DNA of 64,000 bases from Octopus vulgaris (lineage: Eukaryota). The notes beneath the pieces were generated by a model. The model made no database searches, was not told where the DNA came from, and worked only from the letters and a program-made list of their open reading frames with translations. Numbering within the stretch: the first letter of the stretch is position 1; every line of letters starts with the position of its first letter. Positions 53,761 through 64,000 of the stretch are shown in pieces. The DNA lies in assembly GCA_951406725.2 (NCBI GenBank), contig OX597823.1, positions 69,192,001 to 69,256,000 on the forward strand, written 5' to 3'. The position numbers and the translations under genes were made by a program.

Positions 53761-54647
53761 TATATCTGACTTGGCAGGATTTCAAAAACAATATGTTGTC
53801 CAGTGACTTGAGTATAGACGATGGCTATCCTATTTCTCTGAATCTAGTCATTTTGTCGGTGTTTCTCTGATATTTACTGATATTTCTCTAACGGAATTGC
53901 TTTTAAGTTCTTTTAATTTAATTTCATCTTCCGGGGTGTTCAATCTTTTGAGTATATCGTCCGTGTAATCATAGTGTATTTCATGTATTCACGTGGTACC
54001 ACTTTCCTAGTTTGTTCACGTAGGACTCCACGAACATGAACTCTAACTGCAATCTAGAGTTCTTCTGCGTGTTTATATTAATTGCATTGTAAACAGCAAG
54101 TATAATTCTGTTGAATGGGATTCTAATAATTTCTTCTATAAGTTATCAGGTAGAATGAGTGGTTGTTATTATTAGACGTTTATAAACATTATTTAGTATA
54201 GTTCCTATTGATTTTGACTTTGAAAGAAACACACTAAATAGACAGCATCTCTGCTTTAGACGTAAAATGTGACTTCTAACAGAAACAAAGCAAACTATAT
54301 AAAATAATGTATAAAACACCCAATATACCAGGTAAAATACTGAGAAAATTATATAGCAATGATATATAGAAACACACACACAGGCCATATATGACATACA
54401 TAAATATGTAAATACACATACACAAACACAAACAAAAGCATATAGCTAGTTTAATATCTGCTTTAATTTAAAGATTGTTTATATTAATGCAGACATGTAA
54501 TTTATAACTTATGAAATATAATCAAATAAATTATTTATATATTATTTATTTAGTTGCGAAACAACTGTTAAATAAGAATTTCCAATGGTTAAAATATATT
54601 TTATCACACTATATTTCTCTCATTATTTATAACTTTATGTGTGTGTA

Positions 54648-54704
<57 letters not shown>

Positions 54705-55194
54705 ATATAGAGATAACTAGACAGAGAAAGAGAGTGGGGAGAGAGAGAGAACAGACAGACAGGATGAAGCAGTTATTTTCCTCAAAATGAAAGTTCGTGA
54801 AACACATTTTTCTACTTTAGAGAACTCGTTGTTCGAAATATACTTTTATAATTCTGCTTTAATCTTGTAAATTCGCATTATACTTTTTAAAGTTTGTCTC
54901 TTTATATTAAAAGTAATTACTTCTACTCTGCATTTTACCTTTTCATTTTCTGTTGTTTATGTATAATTTTTTTTCTGCTTTTCTCATAATACCTACTTAA
55001 GGTTACAATTGCCTTTATAACTTTGTTTTATGATATAACTTTATGTATTAAAGGTATCGAATACAGTGCGTAGGAAGGGGAGATATTTAACTAACGCTTA
55101 GAAATTCTTCAAATAACTATTGTATTTTGATCTATACTGTGCTATATATAACACTGAATATTTAAATGTCTGAAATTGTGTTCCAGTTCTTATT

Positions 55195-55572
55195 ACTCTT
55201 TTACTCTTTTATTTGTTTCAGTCATTTGACTGCGGCCAGGCTGGAGCACCGTCTTTAGTCGAACAAATCGACTACAGGACTTATTCTTGGTAAGCCTAGT
55301 ACTTCTTTTATTATTTTCTTTTGCCGAACTGCTAAGTTACGGGGACGTAAACGCACCAACATCGGTTGTCAAGTGATGGTGGTGGATACAAACACAGACA
55401 CATGTACATATCCGACGGGCTTCTTTCAGTTTCCGTTCGCCAAATCCACCCATAAGGCTTTGGTCGGCCCAAGGTTATAGTAGAAGACACATGCCCAAGG
55501 TGCCACGCTGTATGACTGAACACGGAACCATGTGGTTGGTAAGCAAGCTACTTACCACACAGCCACTCCTGT
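55195..55572 (-). mobile_element. SINE family B; partial copies also at 1680-1885, 25855-26100, 29567-29728, 38770-39120, 51090-51235, 52195-52380
   Basis: Matches other family B copies. Confidence 0.88.
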
Positions 55573-57944
55573 GCCAATCTTTCGAAATGCCAACTTTACT
55601 TTCAGAAAGGAAATAATTTTTTAAGTATTTACATCTATATTAAGTCGCGACTGGTTTGATTTTTCAATTGATATCAGGCGTCTTATTTCTGGATATGCAA
55701 GCAGAACTGAACTTCATTTAAGCTAGGAACATTTAGTTACAAAATATTTGTGATAGTGATCAAATGGAGAAAATTGCTATTATAATTAGTTTAAAAATAA
55801 AAGTATTTTGTTTGAATTTTGTCCAGTACCAAGTACACCTGAAGGCGCAAAGAGATCAAAGCGATCGGAACGTATTATATATGTAAATATTGATTTTTAA
55901 CATAGTCACAAAACCACAAATATGATAGTAGGGCATAGCTGATTACATTAGTTCCAGAATTCAAATTGTGCTTCTTCTTCCGAGCCCTCAGAATGTAAAG
56001 GATTGTTACTATGTACAAGCTATTTTGTTCGACACTCTAACTACTCTGCCAATTCACATCTCCAGAAAATATGCATAAATTGGAACACATTTCTTTTTTA
56101 ATATGAGAATAATAATTCAATAAATTATAGACTTATTTATACATATAGCGCTGTTTGATATTGTTTACCTAACTGAGAAGAAAAAGTTCCAGTAAAGAAA
56201 AATCAAAATTGACTTGAGTCCGAGGAACAGTTCTACATTGTCCATGACAAGATCTAACAGTTATTAACGTTCATATGATAATATTTATTCGTGTCATGAG
56301 ATAAGATAATTTCTGACTTTACGTGCAAAGTTCTACCAAGAAGATTCGAAGAATACAAAAAAATATATTCCAGTTTCGCTTCGTCGTTGATAGGGAGGTC
56401 AGCGAGAGAGAATCAATATCTAGCTGTTAAAATAAATTACACGAAGAAGAAAAATACCTCGCGCACGGTTGCTAAGAAACTAAATATGGATGTAGATAAA
56501 AAGAAAATGAAAATAACATTACAATATATTCATGTAATATTTTACTTAGTATGGGGTATGAATGAGTTGACAGCTTTTATTTTTATTTGCGCGTCTCGGG
56601 TTCAAAGCCCATCAGATATTGATTTCCGTTTTTCATAATTCTAACACTGGAATCATTATTATGAGATCATGGGTCGATTCCTGGACCAGGTGGTGTGTTG
56701 GATCTTTGAACAAGGCACTTTATTTTATGTTGCTCTGGTTTACACAGCTGTATTGTAGCAGTCAGGTGATGCATCGCTTTTTCTCTCTAATCAACAGTCA
56801 CCTCTTTGGTGTTCCTCCGAGGAAAATTGTGGGAGGGTCAAGAGAGTATTTATATCTGTGCGTGAATCTACAGGTACATAATGTTATTAGAGAAAGCCCG
56901 GTCCTCGATGCTAGGCCATACACGTTTGCGAGTGAGGGCTATGGTCTTTCTAAAAATTTCTAACGTGGGGAAAGTATCATAATCTGTTTAGAATGGATGA
57001 ATAGGCTGTACACATGGATATCATAGGCCTTTCGAAACCTGTCAATGGTGTTAACGTTTTGCTTAATTTGCCACAATCCGAAGATTACAAGAAAGATACA
57101 AGCAAGGAAAGGATTCCGAAGGGTGGATGGTTTGAAGATAAAGGCAAAGAGAGGAACAGAGAGAGTGAAAGAGAGAGAGAGGAAGAAAGGAAAGGAGGAA
57201 AAGTGAAAGGAGACATTGCATTTGTTTCGGAGGCTGGAGTGAACTTGTGAGTGCACTCATGTCAGTTAGTCGAATGGTCAATAAATGCAATCGAGAATCT
57301 ATCTCTCTAAATATATATATCTATCTTTCTCTTTTTCTTTCTCTCTCACTCCCTCTTTCTCTCTCATAGGCGCCTACAGGTGTCATGATTATGGACTTCC
57401 CATGGGTAAGTCTAAATATTCGTAATTTTTCTTTGGGAAAATAGTGCAATAGATTGTGCTTTCTACCAGTATGTTTTCAAATGACTCTGCGAGCTTTCAG
57501 CTCTCCTGAGTTTATACATGAAGCACATGACCTGTTTATTCCTTAGCAGGATGAGTGATTCACAACACAACAGGGTATGTCTACATACCAGTGGGTCTGT
57601 TGGACACATTTCTTGGAACTGGCCTTCCTTATGAGTCCTGTATGCATTATCAAAGGGCCGTGTTTTGTTATTTAGCTCATAACTGCAACTATTGACAAGT
57701 ACTACAACATCATACCAGGGTGGATCTGGGACTAGTAGAGACTAAGGAGTAACTTCATACTCTCTAAAACTCCTGAACTCCCTATTTGGAGCCTTACAAC
57801 CGGATGCAGTTGAATATCTTGTTAAGGACATACGCTAGTTGTGCTGAAAATAGTACGAAATTAAGCAAAAACAGTTCAAACTGTAACGTGTTGATAAAGT
57901 AACTCGTCCTCTATAATATCTCTTCTTCCTGTTCTTCATCCTTG

Positions 57945-58870
57945 CTGGAAAATAGGGAATTCCAAGCAGATGAAATGTGTTGTCATTGAGTTCTTGACGA
58001 ATAAGAAGTGTAGGCTGCCGAAAGTCCGCAGAAGGTTATTGAAACGAACTATGCGCAGAGATAGATAAATAAGTTCAAAGAGGCTTTGAACCACAATTGA
58101 AAATGAATCTCGTAGTGGAAGACCATTAATTGTAACCACTGACAAAAATCGCCAGCAACTAGACAAACTGATGGCGCGGACACACAAGTCACAAACAATG
58201 AATTCACTACACAACTGGAGTGTAGTTTAAATTCACCAAAGATGATCTGCATATAGGAAAGTGTGCGCAAATTGAGTACCTTGGGTGTCGAAACTTCATT
58301 TGGAGGAGAGAAAAGTAAACGTCCTTTCTGATCTGCTGGCAACATCTGAAACCAATAACGTGAACACAATTTTATGATCCATAAAATAAAGCTCAAGTCA
58401 ACACCTCAGCAGTTCAAGAACCGGCGATCGGTACAGAATGTCGTGACTGCTTTGGCGAATGACGGTGCCTCTTATTTTGGGGAATGTGAATGTACTGTGG
58501 ACAGCATACAAAACAGTGAGACATTCAGGAAGGTTAGAGAATCCATCAGGAGGAAGGAAGAGTCCGAACGACAATCTGTAATCGATCCACATGATCATGA
58601 CAATGCCTGATCAAGTACATCTTTGCCAAAAGAATCAAGCAGTTGATAAATTTAGTTAGTCATTAATCTACAATTCAAACAGCCTGGATCTAACATCCTA
58701 CAGCTTAAATCCCTTCAGTACAATGAAGGAAAGTCTTCGGAATCAACGATTTGACAACACAGATGAGGTGAAATTGTAAAGAAGTGCGTACAACAATGAA
58801 TACCTGAATTTTTTCAAAGAGCTTTCGAGAGATGATGCAAAAGCATCATTTGTGATAGAGATTACTTTGA
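57945..58870 (+). mobile_element. Decayed mariner transposase
   Basis: ESRSGRP, HDNA, SLDLTS (SPDLAP-like) and QRFDNTDEVK fragments in the expected order. Confidence 0.7.
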
Positions 58871-60177
58871 GTAGTACCGTTGCCTAGAGGAAGAGTTATA
58901 TTTTCAACATGCAGTATTTGAATACCCCATATTAGTTAACAGAAAAAAGAATTTAGCTCACTTTTACACCACATTCAGTATAACTAACTGCTATCTTTAT
59001 TTGCATACTTAAATTCGGTGGTGGTGGTGGTGGTGGTGGTGATGATGATGATGATGATGAATATAACATTGATGACGATAAGAAACGAATGATGACAGCA
59101 ATAATGGTGACAATGGAGATGTTGTTTAATCTCCAAAACTAGCTTGGATAAAATATATGACCAAAGTCGTTTCAGTAGTAGCCATTTTCTCTTTCTTGTG
59201 GTACATAGTATATTTATGACTATATTATTTAAGAGTTTTCTATCAGTTTGAACGGCAGGCTACGTAAGTTAAGAGAGATTCACCTGTTATTTCTAGAAGA
59301 TCGGGTGGTTAGGCAGAGAGGCTTCCTCACTGGCTCGACGGGTAAACGTAGTCCATAGAAATGCTGTTGATGAGGACAGTACTAAATATGGTGTTGATGA
59401 TGAAAACTATGACTAGAATGGTGGTGGTAATGGTGATGATGTTGATGATGATGATGATGATGATAGTAGTGGCAGTTGTGGTGTGGTGATGATGATGATG
59501 GCCATGATATCTAAGATGTTGACGATGATGACAATGCTGATTAGAACGATACTGAAGAGGAAACTATGATAGTAGAATTGATTGTAACATTCATGACAAC
59601 AAGAATAACGATAATGACAATGGTGATTATGGTAATAATAATAGCGAAAATTGCAAATAAGATGAAAATTATGGAGATTTTATAGGATACAGTCATTTTA
59701 ATTAGATTTTCTAATTTGTCATGATAATCATGCAAATCATTACGTCATTGTAATGAGAGATACTATCTTAAAAAAAAGAACTGCTTATTGAATTGTATAT
59801 CAGCTTTGATTCAAGATTGAGAAGGAAAGAAATATTTCCTTAAGTATTACATTATGTATAAATCTCTTTCCATCAAACAATTACATATGGCATACATTAT
59901 CAATAGAGCTCCCCACAAAAAGAATGAATTGATCTCTGAACTAGAGGACAATAAAAATCCAATCTCAATACCACAGCCCTGCGGCTGAAAACTAGTGATA
60001 TATATATATATATATATATATATAATCAAAATAAGTAACAGGATATCAAGAGTTGGTGCAGTACGACCGTTTCAAGCGACGCCATTTAATTGAAAAATGC
60101 AATCATTACATCAATTTAAATGCAGGGCTATTGAAAATACCTTAGGAATGAGAACCCGGGTTCTAAATTTCCCCAAG

Positions 60178-60221
60178 ACACCTGATGAAGCCTGGAAGGT
60201 ATATCGGCCGAAGTGTTGTGT
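60178..60221 (+). ncRNA. Degenerate minimal hammerhead downstream of a B-box-like motif
   Basis: ACAC-CTGATGA-AGCCTGG..TCGGCC-GAAG-TG-TT-GTGT; stem I ACAC/GTGT intact, GAAAC decayed to GAAGT. Confidence 0.5.
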
Positions 60222-60520
60222 TAACAACAAACAAGATGCGGACAAATATCCGTCAAATGTAAATAATGTAAATTAAGTAAGAAACTATATATTAATTGTT
60301 AAATTCGCATCATATACGACACTAAAATTAATCACTTCTGTCCAGGTTCAAGTGCAGCACCTATAAATGCTAATTTCGAAAATATTTTAATGTACGGGTG
60401 ACACTATATACGCATGATCTATTATTAATTTTATTCACCTTATTTTGAGTTGTATGGATAATACCGCTCTGACTTGGTGCTTCAACTTAAGTACCTGATT
60501 CAACTGAATCTCAATCATTT

Positions 60521-60571
<51 letters not shown>

Positions 60572-60666
60572 TAATCCAAACAAGAAAGCACAAAATACAC
60601 AACAACGCGAGGACGTGGAACAAATATAGTATTATTGGACGCTCAGGAAAGAAGGAAAGAAGGAGG

Positions 60667-60701
60667 GTTTAACGTTTCGAGAGGAGCTCTTCGTCGGAAA
60701 A
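60667..60701 (-). ncRNA. Minimal hammerhead, core-mutated copy (CCGACGA)
   Basis: Same family as 30786; core and stem II substitutions. Confidence 0.55.
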
Positions 60702-61139
60702 ATAGGAGAAGGAAAGATCCAGAGAAGGGAAGACAGAGGGAAAAAATCGCCAACGGTACACACGAGGTCACATTTTGAAAGACCGGAAGGAATATATATA
60801 CCTGAAGTACGGTGTGGGGCAAAGAGGACGGTGCTTTTGAAAAAATCAGAAAATCATTAATTTTAGATGCAAACGCTAAAATAATAATAGTATACATAAC
60901 TGTGCAGAAAATTCACTGGTCCGATCATGAACCAATGTCTCCAAAGAAACATAATAATACAAATGCACAATTACCACACCCTAACCTATGTAATACGTAT
61001 ACATAGGTGCCTATGGAAACCAATTCAAAGTCCGTCATCACAACCACATCTCATCATTCTGAACGATAAACAGACGACACGAAACTTCATTGGCAGATCT
61101 AATATGGAGTTTGAAAGAATCAAAAATTAAATACAAAAT

Positions 61140-61872
61140 GGAATGGTCAATAATAATAAAAATGCATACCCATGTAAGTCGCTATCCGGAAAATGTGTTT
61201 GCCTTGAAATTTGCCAGAAATTTGGAAACGGCATACTGTCCTGCTTGGCATTCACGCCGGAAGCTCCAATACGAACATTTCAGAGTGTTTGGATGTCAAT
61301 CCGAGGACATGTACCGAGAGCGATAAAACTCAAACGTCCAATCAACATCATGGTGTTTGGAGTGATCACCAGTGAAGGCGACGTTATGCCTCCATCCATC
61401 TTCTCACATGGCCTAGAGGGTAGCTGCTAGAAGACCACTGTGTTTGGACTTTGCACCATGCCATACATGCAGAAGAACCCAGTCATAGCTGTCAGAAAAT
61501 TTCTGCAAACATATCACCCCTAACGACTGGCTACCTAACTCTTCAGACTGCAACCCCTTTGATTATTATGGGTGGGGCGCAGTAGAGCGAAAGGAAAAAA
61601 AAAACTCCTTGTGACATTAAAGATAATTAAAGGTAAATATTATGGCACCATTCACCAACATAGAAAAGGAGACCGTCCAGAAAAGTTACAGGAGATCCCG
61701 AAGTCGTCAGGAAGCCATAGTTGAATCCAATGGCGATTTTTTTGAATAAATTTACTCTTTAGTATTTCAAGATATCTTTATCTAATTTTGGTAAATATAT
61801 CTGTTAAATTAACATGTCAGTGTTATTTTCATTTTTGCGTAATTTAGACGACAGTTTATTCACCGCACCCTG
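61140..61872 (+). mobile_element. Decayed Tc1/mariner-superfamily element (maT/DD37D-like) with 3' TIR
   Basis: MVFGVITSEGDVMPPSIF and WLPNSSDCNPFDYYGWGAVE; ends caccgcaccctg|TA. Confidence 0.75.
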
Positions 61873-62165
61873 TATATTTATATATATATATATATAACAA
61901 CAATTGAGGGTAAAATTAATTAATTAATCAATTTCACCAAGTGTTCAGTATGTAAAAGGACCATTTAAGGCGAATTCAAAATATTACATTATATAATTAG
62001 GGCTTAGTAAAATAAATTACTTTGCCACATACTGAACTTAGTAGACATAGCAGCCAAAAAAAAAAAAAAAAAAAATTTTCTTAGCTTTCTCAGATAATGT
62101 TTACTCCAGACAGCTCACGAAGGTTTGGGGGTAAATACAGAAAAATATCACAAGTACATAGATCG

Positions 62166-62228
62166 TTTGAGTACGTCAACGTTTCAAGATTAGCCAAATA
62201 AAATCAGCATTTCTTTCGTCAGCTCAAA
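62166..62228 (-). ncRNA. Type I hammerhead ribozyme, inverted identical copy
   Basis: Exact reverse complement of 62296-62358. Confidence 0.85.
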
Positions 62229-62295
62229 ATTTCTTAAAGTTCGCTGATAGGTAAAGTTCCTTCTTTTTAGTGTTTCCAAATCCAAATTAAGAAAT

Positions 62296-62358
62296 TTTGA
62301 GCTGACGAAAGAAATGCTGATTTTATTTGGCTAATCTTGAAACGTTGACGTACTCAAA
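62296..62358 (+). ncRNA. Type I hammerhead ribozyme, intact core
   Basis: TTTGAG-CTGACGA-AAGA..TCTT-GAAA-CGTTGACG-TA-CTCAAA: 6-bp stem I, stem II, stem III and a GUA cleavage triplet. Confidence 0.85.
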
Positions 62359-62549
62359 CGATCTATGTACTTGTGATATTTTTCTGTATTTACCCCCAAA
62401 CCTTCGTGAGCTGTCTGGAGTAAACATTATCTGAGAGAATTTTCTTTAAGTAGTAGAAAGCTAAGAAATTTTTTTTTTTTTTTTTCTTTGGCTGCTATGT
62501 CTACTAAGTTCAGTATGTGGCAAAGTAATTTATTTTACTAAGCCCTAAT

Positions 62550-62601
<52 letters not shown>

Positions 62602-62752
62602 ATAAAACTTACATGAAAATGGATGCGTGGAGTTCAATCAAATAATAATATAAATAATATATATATATAAATGCATATATACACACACATTTATGTACAT
62701 ACATACATAAGTATGTAGGTATGCATATATGGGTACAGGACGTAACAAAACG

Positions 62753-62791
<39 letters not shown>

Positions 62792-62820
62792 TGTATATAT
62801 ATAGACGTATATATATGTAT

Positions 62821-62853
<33 letters not shown>

Positions 62854-63000
62854 CATATATTCACACACACACACACATATATGTATATATATATACATAT
62901 ATATATATTATTTGTATAAAGGGCATTACTACATATAAATGCCTCACGCTATGAGGGACTCTTAAAGTCAAAACTACCATAAATACAGTGTACCTACTTT

Positions 63001-63034
<34 letters not shown>

Positions 63035-63347
63035 CCTTCATCAAAAGAAGGGCACACAGACACCACTACCCCATGCACACATATCGATCTGCTCACAGAT
63101 TAGTCAACGTATTTCTTTTTGTAAATGCATGCAATTTTTCGAGTACTCCACAGACAGAGATACTGTAATCAAAATCATCCTGACGATGTGAGATGAGGCT
63201 ATATCTATGAATAACGATGCCAACCATCCAACCATCCACTTTGTTTTCGTCCTCCATAAGATCCGAGTTGACCCAATGTTATAACAATACTTGCCTAAGG
63301 TTCCACACAGTAAAATCGAGCCTTGGTTGCATTATTGCGAAGCAAAC

Positions 63348-63442
<95 letters not shown>

Positions 63443-63618
63443 ATCTGTCTGTCTATCTGTCTATGTATGTATGTATGCATGTATCTATCAATCAATCTAT
63501 CAATCATTTGGCTGTCTATCTGTCTATGTATGTATGTATGTATGCATGTATGTATGTATGTATCTATCTACCTATCTAACTATCTATCTATGTCTTTCTC
63601 TCTCTCCCTCTTTCTCTT

Positions 63619-63691
<73 letters not shown>

Positions 63692-64000
63692 ATATACGCA
63701 TACATATATTTTCACGCATAAACATTTGCATATATACTTTTCTGTAGTTATTTTCGATTTTCTTTTTAAACCAATGTTTTCTATGCATACTCTAATATTT
63801 ATCTACTTTTATTTAAAAAAATATCCTCTTAATATCATCGGTTTGCAGAAATTTGCACATTTTTGAAATATTCGGTAAAAACTGCTGAATATTCATAAAT
63901 GTGGTTTTTTATTTCAAAGATTATGTACAAGCAAATATAATTGGTTTTTTCCTGATGTCAGCTTAGTGAATTCATATAAAGAACATCTGGTAATCGTAAT

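Larger units (their letters stand above)
61897..62557. mobile_element. Fold-back non-autonomous Penelope-like element between (TA)n tracts
   Basis: Inverted arms 61988-62237 / 62287-62557, nearly identical apart from a ~20-bp indel and poly(A/T) variation; a hammerhead in each arm. Confidence 0.75.

Overview
AT-rich, microsatellite-dense animal genomic DNA. The SINE and RTE families point to Octopus (inferred from my recognition of the repeats, not from a search). Most entries in the ORF track are artefacts of (TA)n/(CA)n/(TACA)n repeats. What I can support: (1) a minus-strand, intron-rich gene for an unidentified multipass membrane protein, with five phase-compatible core exons at 33888-7254 and uncertain ends near 39.5/45.5 kb and 5.6/3.7 kb; (2) many copies of two tRNA-derived SINE families, RTE LINE fragments, decayed mariner/Tc1 and hAT-type transposases, and MITEs; (3) a Penelope-like (RT-linker/GIY-YIG) relic plus several unrelated short, non-coding elements inserted in microsatellites, often as fold-back inverted repeats. 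These short elements carry type I hammerhead ribozyme motifs, intact at 19026-19120, 30786-30820, 62166-62228 and 62296-62358. This ribozyme-bearing, retrozyme-like set is the most notable system in the window.
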